Assembly (NCBI GenBank): GCA_964599325.1
Contig: CAZREM010000001.1
Location: 43,587 to 107,586, forward strand
Direction of reading: 5' to 3'
DNA: 64,000 nucleotides
Origin: an uncultured Verrucomicrobiales bacterium
Lineage (GTDB): Bacteria; Verrucomicrobiota; Verrucomicrobiia; Verrucomicrobiales; Akkermansiaceae
In this document: positions 34,413 to 44,319 of the stretch, piece by piece
Layout: every line of letters starts with the position of its first letter
Numbering within the stretch: position 1 is the stretch's first letter
Translations under genes and position numbers: made by a program
Notes under the pieces: model-generated
Seen by the model: the letters and a program-made list of their open reading frames with translations, nothing else
Told to the model about the DNA's origin: nothing
The model's database searches: none

Positions 34413-37091
34413 TCAGTCAAGCGCCGAAAGCATGTCTTGCAGCTGCTGCAGTTTGCCGCGCCACTCCTGCTGTCGCAGCTTTTCTTGTTCCACCACAGCA
34501 GCGGGCGCGCGCTCGACAAAACTTGCGTTGCTTAGCTTTGTCACACTTCGTTCCAACTCCTGAGTGATTTTCGTCACCTCGCGACTCAAGCGAATGCGTT
34601 CAGCAGCCACGTCCACCAAGCCCTCCATCGGCAAATAGACCTCGCCCAGGCCCGTGATGGTGACCGGCGTGCCTTTCGGCGCTTCATAGTCTGCCTCCAA
34701 ACGAATCACTTTTGCTCCCGCTAACAGGGCTAGCACATCTTTTTCCTGTTCCAACCAGGAAACACTGGACTTGATCACTAGCGTGACGTCACGTCGTGTC
34801 GCGACCTGGTATTCTGCCTTTAGATTGCGAATGCGTCCACCCGCCTCGTAAACACAAGCAGCGATCGCCTTTTCGGCGTCCACATTCACATCCTCCAGCA
34901 AGCCCTGCGGCGGTAGGGGTTGTCGCATCAAGAACTCACCCGGCGCCACATACCCCATCAACTGCGAAAGCTCCTCCGTCACGTGTGGCATGTAAGGGTG
35001 CAATAATTGCAAGAAACGACTCATCACCGCATCAAAAACCCACAGCGTGCGCGCACTTTGCTCCGGAGCCGCATCGCGCAAATCCCCTTTCACCGCTTCC
35101 AAAAAACAATCGCAGAACTCACTCCACAAAAACTCATGCATTTTTTGCGCGGCCTCGCCAAAACGATAATCGCCCAAAGACTCCTTCAATTGCAACGCCA
35201 ACGCGTCCAGCTTCGCCATGATATCGATGTGATAGGGTCGCAACAAACCGCGATCACGCCACTCCTGCAAACTCAATGCGGCGCCATCGAGCCCGCCAGA
35301 CATCTGCCGCAACCGACACGCATTGTAGATTTTATTCGCAAAATTGCGTCCTTCCTCGATTTGGCTCTCGTCAAAACGCACATCACTGCCCACCGGCGCG
35401 ATGCGTAAGAGCCCGTATCTCAGCCCATCCGCGCCATATTTTTCCATCAACTCGATCGGATCTGGTGAATTGCCGAGCGATTTGCTCATTTTTAGCCCCT
35501 TTTTGTCGCGAATGATCGAGGTGAAGTAAACATGGCGAAATGGCAATTCGTCCATGAACTCATATCCCGCCATGATCATGCGTGCGACCCAAAAAAAGAT
35601 GATGTCCGGACCAGTGACTAGATCATTCGTTGGATAAAACTTTGATCGCGTTGCCTCATCCATCGTCGCAAACGGCCACAACCAGGAGCTGAACCATGTG
35701 TCCATGCTGTCTTCATCCTGAACCCAATCTTCCGGATTTTCGGGCGGCTGCACTCCCACATGCAAATCACCGCGATCAAGATTACCCCAGTCGAGTGTTT
35801 CCGCCGCTTGCAACTCAGCCGCACGATCTTTGCGATACCATACGGGAATGCGATGCCCCCACCACAATTGTCGGCTGATGCACCAGTCCTGCAAGTTTTC
35901 CATCCAATGCGCAAAGGTCTTCTTCCAGCGCTCGGGGCGAAACACGATATCACCGTTCGCTACCGCTGCTGCCGTGCGTTCGACGGAAGGGTATCGCAGG
36001 AACCACTGCAGCGAAAGTCGCGGTTCGATGGGCACATTCGCCCGTTCACTGTAGCCAACGGCGTTCGCGTGCTCCTCTTCCTTTACCAGAGCCCCCATCT
36101 CCTGCAGCTTCGCCACCGCCAGTTTGCGGGCCTTGAATCGGTCCAAACCATCCAACTCAGGGCAATCAGCGCAGTTAATCCGCCCATCAGGATGCATCAC
36201 ATCAATGATCGGCAAGTCATGACGCTGACCAATCTCAAAGTCCGCTCGATCATGCGCCGGAGTCACTTTTAACGCGCCCGTGCCGAATTCCTTTTCCACC
36301 ACCGCATCCGCAATGATTGGAATCGCAGCGCGCGGAAACGGTCGCCACACATGCAGACCGATCAAATCCACATAGCGTTCATCCTCAGGATGCACCGCAA
36401 CCGCCGTGTCCCCCATCAAGGTCTCGGGACGAGTCGTCGCAATCTCAATCATTCGCCCCGGTTGCTCCACCACTTCATAACGCATGGTGTAAATCTTGCT
36501 TTGTTGCTCCTTGGGAATGACCTCTTCATCACTGAGCGCTGTGAGCGAAGCCGGACACCAATTAACCATGCGTAAACCACGATAAATCAGGCCTTTTTCA
36601 AACAATCTCACAAAAACCTGTTGCACCTCGCGCGAGTAGGCTTCGTCCATGGTGAAACGCTCGCGACTCCAATCACACGAACACCCAAGACGCTTGAGCT
36701 GATCAATGATGATGCCACCGTGTTTTTCCTTCCACTCCCAAACACGTTTGAGAAATTCTTCGCGCCCTAAGTCGCGCCGAGTTCGATTCTCCTCTAGGCG
36801 AATTTTTTGTTCCACCTTTGTTTGCGTGGCGATGCCAGCGTGGTCTGTTCCCGGTAACCACAGAACCTCGTGACCCAATTGCCGTGCGCGACGCGCCAAA
36901 ATGTCTTGCAATGCATTGTTCAATACATGACCCAAGTGCAGAATTCCCGTCACGTTGGGAGGTGGAATCACAATCGAGTATCCGGGTTTTTCCGATGCGG
37001 GATCAGCAGTGAAACAACCGGCTTCCTGCCAAGCCGCATACCACTTGGCTTCCACTTCTTTAGGCTCATATGCTTTTGCTAATTCGGACAT
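34413..37091 (-). CDS. valS: Valine--tRNA ligase
   Basis: HIGH-type motif PPPNVTGILHLGH, KMSKS motif LKMSKSLGN, C-terminal coiled coil. Start trimmed to MSELAKAYEPKEVEAKWY at 37091; the listed ORF extends into the rpoN 3' end. Confidence 0.93.
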   Translation of the reverse strand: MSELAKAYEPKEVEAKWYAAWQEAGCFTADPASEKPGYSIVIPPPNVTGILHLGHVLNNALQDILARRARQLGHEVLWLPGTDHAGIATQTKVEQKIRLEENRTRRDLGREEFLKRVWEWKEKHGGIIIDQLKRLGCSCDWSRERFTMDEAYSREVQQVFVRLFEKGLIYRGLRMVNWCPASLTALSDEEVIPKEQQSKIYTMRYEVVEQPGRMIEIATTRPETLMGDTAVAVHPEDERYVDLIGLHVWRPFPRAAIPIIADAVVEKEFGTGALKVTPAHDRADFEIGQRHDLPIIDVMHPDGRINCADCPELDGLDRFKARKLAVAKLQEMGALVKEEEHANAVGYSERANVPIEPRLSLQWFLRYPSVERTAAAVANGDIVFRPERWKKTFAHWMENLQDWCISRQLWWGHRIPVWYRKDRAAELQAAETLDWGNLDRGDLHVGVQPPENPEDWVQDEDSMDTWFSSWLWPFATMDEATRSKFYPTNDLVTGPDIIFFWVARMIMAGYEFMDELPFRHVYFTSIIRDKKGLKMSKSLGNSPDPIELMEKYGADGLRYGLLRIAPVGSDVRFDESQIEEGRNFANKIYNACRLRQMSGGLDGAALSLQEWRDRGLLRPYHIDIMAKLDALALQLKESLGDYRFGEAAQKMHEFLWSEFCDCFLEAVKGDLRDAAPEQSARTLWVFDAVMSRFLQLLHPYMPHVTEELSQLMGYVAPGEFLMRQPLPPQGLLEDVNVDAEKAIAACVYEAGGRIRNLKAEYQVATRRDVTLVIKSSVSWLEQEKDVLALLAGAKVIRLEADYEAPKGTPVTITGLGEVYLPMEGLVDVAAERIRLSREVTKITQELERSVTKLSNASFVERAPAAVVEQEKLRQQEWRGKLQQLQDMLSALD

Positions 37092-37185
37092 TGCCCCCAT
37101 CGCTTGCCACAACACGGCAGGTTTGTAAAGAATCGCATTGTTGCGCGCGATTAATTGCCAGAAATAATGCGTGATGGCTGCTGAA

Positions 37186-38589
37186 TCAACGCCGCCGCAG
37201 ATGCGAGGGCAGAATGTGCAGCTGCTCACGATACTTTGCCACGGTGCGCCGCTTGATGGTGATGCCTCGGCGATTCAATTCCTTCGTCAACACATCATCT
37301 GAGAGCGGCTTGGAAGGATTTTCCGTTTGAATCAGCGTCTGAATCGCTTCCCGAACCGCTGCGTTGGATAGCTCAGCTCCGTCGGACGTCTGGTATCCCG
37401 TCGCAAAAAAAGCGCGCATTTCCATCATGCCCGATGGGGTTAAAATGAATTTTCCCGCCACCGCACGCGAGATCGTAGTCGCGTGCATGCCCAGATCCTC
37501 GGCAATATCGGCCATGGTCATTGGACGCAAGTGACTCGGACCATGCAGCAAAAACGGACCCTGACGATCGATGATGCGCAACGCAATTGATAAAATCGTT
37601 TCTTGGCGCAGAGAAATTGAACTGATGATGGAACGTCCATCGCGAATGTTCTCGCGAATGTATTCCAAGGCTTTTTTATCACTGCCTAGCTTGCCAAGTA
37701 AATCCTTGTAAAAATCACTGATGCGCAAACGCGGAATGTGATCATTTGTCAGCTCGGCATCAAATGAACCATCTGCACGCCGCACAATGATCACATCTGG
37801 CGTGATGTGAGGGTTGGAAGTGGGGGTGAAGGAACCACCGGGATCAGGATTCAATTCCGCAATGCGCTCTGTCGCCTCAGCAATGCGCTCGGGCGTGGTG
37901 CTGAGAGCGCGCGCAATTTGAGTGATGTGACGTCGTGCCAACGCATCCAAGTGCTCATCAATGATCTTGTATTCAAGCGAATCTTGCCGATTTTTACGCT
38001 TTAATTGCAATAAAAGTGACTCGCGCAAATCCTTTGCTCCAATTCCAGCCGGATCCAATGACTGCAATAACACCAAACCCTGCTTCATGGTGCTCGCCTT
38101 GATCCCCAACACCACGCACAGAGACTGCGGATCACTATCCAGAAAACCACGCTCATCCAAATTGCCGATCAATGCCAACGCAACCTCTTTGATCGGCTCA
38201 GGCACTAACGACTGATGCACTTGTTCTGATAAAAACTGCTGCAAGGTCTGCGGCGCGACAATCGAATCGTAAAGAAACTGACGCCGCTCTTCATCATCGC
38301 TCGTATGCGTATTTCCCGCATTTTGCATGATGTCACGCTCACGATAGTCGTCATCTGTCTCATTCAGTGACGATAAACTATCCTCATCCTCCGACTCCCC
38401 ACTTTCCTCCAAATTCATTTCCTCAACGCCCTCGAGAACTTCCTCCAACATGGGATTCATCTCCATCGCCTGATGAATGATCTGCGTCAGCTCCAACGTA
38501 TTCGCTTGCAGAATCTCCAGACTTCGCCGCATCTGCGGAGTCAGAGTCTGCTGCTGTGAAAGCGAGCTATTCAGTGAAACATCGGCCAT
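37186..38589 (-). CDS. rpoN: RNA polymerase sigma-54 factor
   Basis: 467 aa. Gln/Leu-rich region I, an acidic region II and the C-terminal RpoN box IKRRTVAKYREQL. Confidence 0.92.
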   Translation of the reverse strand: MADVSLNSSLSQQQTLTPQMRRSLEILQANTLELTQIIHQAMEMNPMLEEVLEGVEEMNLEESGESEDEDSLSSLNETDDDYRERDIMQNAGNTHTSDDEERRQFLYDSIVAPQTLQQFLSEQVHQSLVPEPIKEVALALIGNLDERGFLDSDPQSLCVVLGIKASTMKQGLVLLQSLDPAGIGAKDLRESLLLQLKRKNRQDSLEYKIIDEHLDALARRHITQIARALSTTPERIAEATERIAELNPDPGGSFTPTSNPHITPDVIIVRRADGSFDAELTNDHIPRLRISDFYKDLLGKLGSDKKALEYIRENIRDGRSIISSISLRQETILSIALRIIDRQGPFLLHGPSHLRPMTMADIAEDLGMHATTISRAVAGKFILTPSGMMEMRAFFATGYQTSDGAELSNAAVREAIQTLIQTENPSKPLSDDVLTKELNRRGITIKRRTVAKYREQLHILPSHLRRR

Positions 38590-38631
38590 AAGGACGACAT
38601 CACTTTAATCAAAAATCTGACAATTGAAAGC

Positions 38632-38675
38632 AAAAAACGTGCCACAAGCAAATAAAAAATGACAGCACGTTTTTC
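38632..38675 (-). terminator. Hairpin after nuoF (possible intrinsic terminator)
   Basis: 9 to 10-bp stem aaaacgtgc / gcacgtttt with a 22-nt loop. On the minus strand it is followed by ttttttg. It lies between the nuoF stop (38763) and the rpoN start (38589). Confidence 0.35.
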
Positions 38676-38762
38676 ATGAAAAAAGCGTCATTAAGCACGC
38701 AGGGTGATCAATCGATTGCGATGATGAACCACAGAGAATCTGATCCAAACAAGCGTCGAACC

Positions 38763-40154
38763 TCAGAGAAACTGACGTTGGGCCACGGCTTCAGGATTCA
38801 ATGCTGCACCCACTAATTCAGCGTGGGTATCACTCATCAATTCATCGCGAAATTTCGCGATGATCGCCTCCACTGGCCAACTGCTCGCCTCACCAAAAGC
38901 ACAAATCGTGCGACCATCAATTTGATAAGCAACGGATTCCAGTGTCTCCAGATCTGCCGGCGTGGCCTGTCCCGCCACCAAGCGATCTGTGATTTTTTTC
39001 ATCCACATGCTGCCTTCGCGACATGGCGTGCACTGTCCACATGATTCGTGCGCGTAAAACGCGTTGAGATTATTGAGAACCCACGACATGCTGCGCGTGT
39101 CATCCAACACGATCACACCGCCAGAACCAGCCATGGAACCACAGGCGGCCAACGTGTCAAAATCCAGTTGTATGTCCCAGAAATTCAACTCCCGCGAGCC
39201 GCCGTCTGGTTGACGCAGCGAAAACGTTTCATCACAACGCAAAATCTTAGATGATGATCCACCAGGAATCACCGCCTTGAATGTGCGACCTTGCTTCGGA
39301 CCACCGCACAAATCATACAACAGTTCGCGCATGGTCAGTTTGCCCACCTCCACCTCAAAATAGCCCGGACGCTGCACGTCGCCGGACACACAAAGAATGC
39401 GCGTGCCGGTATTGCGCGCCACGCCCAATTGCGCGTAAGCCTCTCCACCCATCTCGACAATGTGCTTCACATGGCAAAGCGACTCCACATTGTTGACAAT
39501 AGTCGGACACATGTAGAGCCCCAACGCTGCCGGGAAATACGGCGGCTTGATGCGCGGGTAGGGGCGCTTACCTTCCAGCGATTCGATCAAACCCGTTTCC
39601 TCACCGCAGATGTATGCCCCCGCACCACGGTGAACGTAGATTTCCAGATCAAAACCCGTTCCCAACACATTGGGGCCGACAAAATTTCTTGCGCGCGCTT
39701 CCGCGATCGCTTTCTCCACGATGATTGCCGCCTCAGGAAACTCCTCCCTGATGTAGATGTAGGCAGTGTGGGCACCGACAGCAAAGGCAGAAATCACCAT
39801 CCCCTCCACCAACTGATGCGGATCTTGGTGCAAAATGTAACGATCCTTGAACGTTCCCGGCTCCGATTCATCCCCGTTGCAAATCAGATACACCGGTTTT
39901 GTGTTGTTGGGAGGAATAAACGTCCACTTCATGCCAGTGGGGAACCCCGCGCCGCCACGTCCTCGCAAACCAGATTTTTTTACCTCCTCGATCAGATCTT
40001 TCGGCGCCATTGCCACCGCCTTGCGCAGTTGCTCATAGCCGCCATTTGCCAAATAGCATTCAATCGATGGGTCGTAATCCACCCGGTCGATGTTTTTGAA
40101 AATCAATCGATACTCACGAGCGTGCGGTTGCTTTCCCTGCTTGTATGAAATCAT
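38763..40154 (-). CDS. nuoF: NADH-quinone oxidoreductase subunit F (NuoF/51-kDa type), not in a nuo operon
   Basis: FMN site GRGGAGFPTGMKW, NADH site GDESEPGTFKDR, 4Fe-4S motif ESCGQCTPCREG. The flanks are rpoN and a yjbQ-like gene. Confidence 0.88.
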   Translation of the reverse strand: MISYKQGKQPHAREYRLIFKNIDRVDYDPSIECYLANGGYEQLRKAVAMAPKDLIEEVKKSGLRGRGGAGFPTGMKWTFIPPNNTKPVYLICNGDESEPGTFKDRYILHQDPHQLVEGMVISAFAVGAHTAYIYIREEFPEAAIIVEKAIAEARARNFVGPNVLGTGFDLEIYVHRGAGAYICGEETGLIESLEGKRPYPRIKPPYFPAALGLYMCPTIVNNVESLCHVKHIVEMGGEAYAQLGVARNTGTRILCVSGDVQRPGYFEVEVGKLTMRELLYDLCGGPKQGRTFKAVIPGGSSSKILRCDETFSLRQPDGGSRELNFWDIQLDFDTLAACGSMAGSGGVIVLDDTRSMSWVLNNLNAFYAHESCGQCTPCREGSMWMKKITDRLVAGQATPADLETLESVAYQIDGRTICAFGEASSWPVEAIIAKFRDELMSDTHAELVGAALNPEAVAQRQFL

Positions 40155-40239
40155 GGCAACATTTTCTAATCAATTAAGACAATCTCGAATGCTCTAACCT
40201 TCGCCTGTAGGTAGCGAACATGCAAACTCGCCACAAACT

Positions 40240-40269
40240 CGCAACAGAACATTCCAGCGCAACAGAACA
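40240..40269. repeat. 12-nt direct repeat cgcaacagaaca x2 (period 18) upstream of nuoF
   Basis: Read directly: 40240-40251 and 40258-40269, which is 86-115 nt upstream of the nuoF start on the minus strand. Confidence 0.6.
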
Positions 40270-40386
40270 ATCAACCCCTGTCGCGGCATCAACTTGGCGC
40301 ATTCGCCATCATCCAGCAAGTGGAAAGTGTGATCCTCGCCGAAACTTGTGCTTTAGCATGCCCGGAAGCAGGCAAATCTCCCGGGA

Positions 40387-40809
40387 CTAGGGCACACCGA
40401 TCAGACTCAGCGCGATTTCACGATGCTGACGCGCGCGACGATGCTCGAACAGAAATACGCCTTGCCACGTGCCCAGCACCATGCGTCCTCGCGCAATCGG
40501 AATCACCTCACAGGTGCGAGTCAAGGCCATGCGAATGTGACTCGGCATGTCATCGCATCCCTCATCCGTGTGCGTGAACCATGGGGTTGTCTCCGGCACC
40601 AAGCGCTCAAAAAAGCCTTCCAAGTCATGCCGAGCCGCGGGATCAGCATTTTCCATGATCACCAAACTCGCGCTGGTATGGCGAGCAAACACCGTTAACT
40701 GTCCGGTTTGAAACCCACTCGCTTGAACGAAATCGCGCAAGGCGGGGGTGATTTCATACGTTCCCTTACCGGAAGTGACGACAGATAGATCAGAATGCTT
40801 GATGTTCAT
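40387..40809 (-). CDS. yjbQ: YjbQ/UPF0047-family secondary thiamine-phosphate synthase-like protein
   Basis: 140 aa. TVFARHTSASLVIMEN, DDMPSHIRM and GTWQGVFLFEHR are characteristic of UPF0047. Confidence 0.85.
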   Translation of the reverse strand: MNIKHSDLSVVTSGKGTYEITPALRDFVQASGFQTGQLTVFARHTSASLVIMENADPAARHDLEGFFERLVPETTPWFTHTDEGCDDMPSHIRMALTRTCEVIPIARGRMVLGTWQGVFLFEHRRARQHREIALSLIGVP

Positions 40810-40835
40810 GAAAACCCATTAAAATACCATTGCAT

Positions 40836-41834
40836 TCAGAACTCCATGACCCATTTTCCCGTCGCGATGCCCTGTTCCATTGCTGAGTGAGCCTCTCGCA
40901 ACGCATCGGTCGAAATCTTGCCTAAATGGCGTGTCACCGGACTGCGAAGCTCACCGCGATCCACGGCTGCGGCAACCTGTTGCAAAATGCCTCCCTGCTG
41001 TGCCATGTCTGCTGTCTGAAACATCGCTCGGGCAAACATGAACTCCCAGCACACACGCACACACTTTGCTTTTAGTGGATCTCCAACACGCAAGGCCTGT
41101 TTGGGCTCGACAATCAACAACAGACTTCCGAGCGGTGCAATGAGTTCACCCATCTCGCGCCAATAGGCATCAGAGTCCACAAAATTCGCAATCACGTCCG
41201 GCGCGCCAATGCCCAGGTCTTGCCACTGCTGCGTCAAGCCCTCGCGCCCCGCAATCACCACGTCCGCTCCCATTTCCTCTGCCCATGCGCGACTCTGTTC
41301 CCTTGCCGCGGTTGCCACAACTCTCATCCCCGCTCGTTTCGCAAGCTGAATTGCCATTGAGCCCACGCCGCCACCACCGCCGATGATCAGGATCGTCTGT
41401 CCTGCCACCAGCCCCACTCGCTCATGCAGGCCCTCCCATGCGGTCAAGGATGTCAGCGGCAAGGCGGCGGCAGCGGCAAAATCCAAGGATCGCGGCTTGT
41501 GTGCCACCAACCGATGATCCACACACTGATATTGTGCATTGCATCCGGGGCGAGTCACATCCCCCGCATAAAACACCTCATCCCCCACCGCGAAGCCAGA
41601 CACCCCTGCCCCGCACGCCACGACCACTCCAGCTGCATCCCATCCGAGAATGCGAGGCTGATCCAACACACCCGCCACCATCGCGCGGCGCTTGGCATCC
41701 ACGGGATTGATCGCAATCGCACGCAATTCAATCAACAAATCCAGTTCCCCACCACTTGGCATGGCACACGTGAACTTTTCAAAACAGCCTCGATCTGTTG
41801 TCGGCAAAAACTGTCGCACTCCCCAAGCTTGCAT
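40836..41834 (-). CDS. Zinc-binding alcohol dehydrogenase-family / quinone oxidoreductase (MDR superfamily)
   Basis: 332 aa. AINPVD, GWDAAGVV and the Rossmann motif IIGGGGGVGSMAIQLAK. Confidence 0.85.
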   Translation of the reverse strand: MQAWGVRQFLPTTDRGCFEKFTCAMPSGGELDLLIELRAIAINPVDAKRRAMVAGVLDQPRILGWDAAGVVVACGAGVSGFAVGDEVFYAGDVTRPGCNAQYQCVDHRLVAHKPRSLDFAAAAALPLTSLTAWEGLHERVGLVAGQTILIIGGGGGVGSMAIQLAKRAGMRVVATAAREQSRAWAEEMGADVVIAGREGLTQQWQDLGIGAPDVIANFVDSDAYWREMGELIAPLGSLLLIVEPKQALRVGDPLKAKCVRVCWEFMFARAMFQTADMAQQGGILQQVAAAVDRGELRSPVTRHLGKISTDALREAHSAMEQGIATGKWVMEF

Positions 41835-42044
41835 GACTCATGCATGACAGAATCACGCTCAACCTGCCAACCAGAAATGCTCCGATGTTGATTTCATGTC
41901 CATTACCGATGATTTCAGCCTTCTCGAGCAATTTATCGAATATTTACTGACAAGCATTGGCGTCTTTGGTGATATGATCTACGACAGTCACATTCGTCGC
42001 TGTTTAAAACCAGCAGTCGTTACTGCCCTGTCCACCTCAAACAC

Positions 42045-42488
42045 ATGAAAATGCAAACAAACTCCCGTCGTTATCGTCGCGCTTCCCGTGGTTTTACCTT
42101 GTTGGAAATGGTCATTGTGCTCGGCATCATCGGTCTCATCATTGGTGGAGCCATCAGTGTGATGGGCAAAGTCGGAGAAGGAGCCGCCGTGCAGCGTGTC
42201 AAAGGCGACTTCAGCACACTGAGCAGCACTCTGAAAATGTATAAAATCAACAACGGCTTTTACCCTTCCACTGCGCAGGGCTTGAAAGCGCTGGTGGAGC
42301 GTCCTAGCGGTGCTCCCGTGCCCAAATCGTGGACACAACTTGCCGACCGCGTGCCAACCGATCCTTGGCAACAGGAATATCTCTACAAATTTCCTGGCAG
42401 CAAAGTTTCCACAGAATTTGAGCTGATCAGCAAAGGCAAGGATGGCCAGAGCGGCACGGAAGACGACATGTCCAGCCAGAATCAATAA
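42045..42488 (+). CDS. gspG: Type II secretion major pseudopilin GspG
   Basis: Prepilin site SRG|FTLLEMVIVLGIIGLI. GspG core KMYKINNGFYPSTAQGLKALV, DPWQQEYLYKFPG, ELISKGKDGQSGTEDD. Confidence 0.92.
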   Translation: MKMQTNSRRYRRASRGFTLLEMVIVLGIIGLIIGGAISVMGKVGEGAAVQRVKGDFSTLSSTLKMYKINNGFYPSTAQGLKALVERPSGAPVPKSWTQLADRVPTDPWQQEYLYKFPGSKVSTEFELISKGKDGQSGTEDDMSSQNQ

Positions 42489-42520
42489 AATCTGCGTCCG
42501 CTAGCCACTCTATTCGCATC

Positions 42521-43102
42521 ATGAGCCGTAAGCCCTGCCGCACCAATCATCTGCCGACGGGCTTTACTTTGCTAGAAATTGTCATTGTGTTGGCCTTACT
42601 GGGTCTCGCGATTGGCGGAGCGGTGACCTATTTTGTCGTCAATGCCACGGAACGTCATTTCAAGAACTTGGCTGGTGACTTGGAGGTCTTGTCAAAAAAA
42701 GCGCGCATGGCGGCCATTGTTCAACAAACGCCTTACGCCTTGACCATTAGTGCGACCCAAGTGCAACTCGCGCCGCTGGCGGAAGCCACCGATGATGAGC
42801 AACAGCGGCTTGAGCGCCAACAGCAAGAAGAGTTGCAGCAAACTGAGCAGACGACGGATTCGCATCACTTCAAACCAGTAAGAGAAAACCTAAATTTTGA
42901 TGGACTGGAGGTGTCGATTCGGCGCTGGGGAGCCATCAACTGGGCGCGCATTGATCGGGGTGACATCGAAGTTTGGCGTTTTGATCCAAATGGCTTGTGC
43001 GAGCCCATCGCTCTGCGTTTTGCGGCCAACAAAAGCTGGATTTCCCTCGATTTTCACCCTCTGAGTGCCGGAATCCGCGATCAGCAGATGGAGGCTTATT
43101 GA
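42521..43102 (+). CDS. Minor pseudopilin (GspH-like)
   Basis: Prepilin-type N-terminus PTG|FTLLEIVIVLALLGLAIGG, 193 aa, second in the pseudopilin series. Confidence 0.7.
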   Translation: MSRKPCRTNHLPTGFTLLEIVIVLALLGLAIGGAVTYFVVNATERHFKNLAGDLEVLSKKARMAAIVQQTPYALTISATQVQLAPLAEATDDEQQRLERQQQEELQQTEQTTDSHHFKPVRENLNFDGLEVSIRRWGAINWARIDRGDIEVWRFDPNGLCEPIALRFAANKSWISLDFHPLSAGIRDQQMEAY

Positions 43103-43105
43103 ACC

Positions 43106-43522
43106 ATGCAAACTCAAGCTCAGTCGCATCATTTCCGAAAAGGTTATCTCTTGTTAGAGGTGGTGATCGCCATTGGCATCTTTGCCACCGCAGCGGTGGG
43201 TTTTGCGGTGGCACTGAACAAAGCTGCCGATGCGGCGGATTTGACCCAGCGCGAGATGCAAATCACTCGGATTCTGCGCAGCTCGCTTGACGACGCAGTG
43301 TCGCGCCCGATCACTGAAGAGGTCACGACAACTGAGAAAATCGAAGAACAAAACATCGAAATCGACACAACATACAAAAAAATCGAGGATCTCGAAAACA
43401 AGGACGGTCAATTGCTGCAAGACATGTGGCTCGTCACGGTCAGTGCTCACTGGTATGAGCAAGGTCAATGGAAAGAACGCAGTGCAAGCACTTGGCGCTA
43501 TGGTCGCGCTTACCAACCATGA
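43106..43522 (+). CDS. Minor pseudopilin (GspI-like)
   Basis: Prepilin-type N-terminus RKG|YLLLEVVIAIGIFATAAVGF, 138 aa. Confidence 0.7.
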   Translation: MQTQAQSHHFRKGYLLLEVVIAIGIFATAAVGFAVALNKAADAADLTQREMQITRILRSSLDDAVSRPITEEVTTTEKIEEQNIEIDTTYKKIEDLENKDGQLLQDMWLVTVSAHWYEQGQWKERSASTWRYGRAYQP

Positions 43523-44319
43523 ACTCATCTCCACGTCCATCTCCTTTGTCGAAAGGGTCACTCGTGCGTCGGGCACGTGGGTTCACTTTGATTGAAATTG
43601 TCCTTGCGCTGGGTTTGATGGCCGCGTTGATCACGATGTGTGCCCGCATGGCCTCGGCGAACTTGCAACTGGCTCAGGGAATTAGTCGCAATCAAGCCGA
43701 GAGCACCGTCCGAGAAGGATTTTTCGAGATGATGAATCAGCAATTTCGCCAATTACCGGGAAACGCGCGCGTGCATCTTGAAACAACCCAGGGCGCTCAA
43801 CCTTACCTCTACACACTCACGCTGCAAAATGTGCCATTGGCATTCACGTGGGGGGGCGTCGAAAAAGTCGCAAAGGCCATTCAAATTGCTGGCGTGAAAC
43901 GTCGCGATGGCTATCTCAACGTGGTAATGCGATACTATGAGCATGAAATTTTAGACGAAAACGCCACTAATCAATTAGGAGTCAATGCCGAGGAACCATT
44001 CGCCGAGATTATCTTGCTCGAAGACTTGCGCTTCTTCGAGTGGCGGGCGCTGGATGGGCGTTCGCTGGAATGGCAACTAGACTGGGATGTGCAGGGGCGC
44101 GCACCGCTGCAATTGGAACTCGTCATGGCACAAGGCGCTTATGGTGATGAATTGAAGCAAATTTTTTGGCTCGTTCCCAAGGTGAACCCAGAAACAGTGA
44201 TGCGCACTCTCGGCCAGCAACAGCAAGGGCAAAACCCCAACAATCCTAATCAGCCACCTGCCACCGGTGGCCCGATTCTCCCGCCGATTCAGATCAATCC
44301 CCCACCCAACAAGCAATGA
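43519..44319 (+). CDS. Minor pseudopilin (GspJ-like) with a Pro/Asn/Gln-rich tail
   Basis: Start trimmed to ATG at 43519 (ATGA overlap with the previous stop). Prepilin site ARG|FTLIEIVLALGLMAAL. C-terminal tail QQQQGQNPNNPNQPPATGGPILPPIQINPPPNKQ. Confidence 0.7.
   Translation: MNSSPRPSPLSKGSLVRRARGFTLIEIVLALGLMAALITMCARMASANLQLAQGISRNQAESTVREGFFEMMNQQFRQLPGNARVHLETTQGAQPYLYTLTLQNVPLAFTWGGVEKVAKAIQIAGVKRRDGYLNVVMRYYEHEILDENATNQLGVNAEEPFAEIILLEDLRFFEWRALDGRSLEWQLDWDVQGRAPLQLELVMAQGAYGDELKQIFWLVPKVNPETVMRTLGQQQQGQNPNNPNQPPATGGPILPPIQINPPPNKQ

Noticed and set aside
37092-37229. A 46-codon extension of valS overlapping the 3' end of rpoN. There is also a similar 27-codon extension of parC at 18981-19061.
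   Set aside because: The conserved N-termini (MSELAKAYEPKEVEAKWY for ValS; MATDSS...YADYFLDYASYV for ParC) start at the internal Met codons. The extensions overlap neighbouring genes.
39291-40148. 285-aa plus-strand ORF antisense to nuoF. Similar antisense ORFs lie at 41988-42485 (inside gspG), 48646-49239 (inside the secretin low-complexity region) and 19472-19921 (inside parC).
   Set aside because: They have Arg/His/Pro-rich compositions typical of antisense frames and no motifs. Each is entirely embedded in a gene with strong family signatures.
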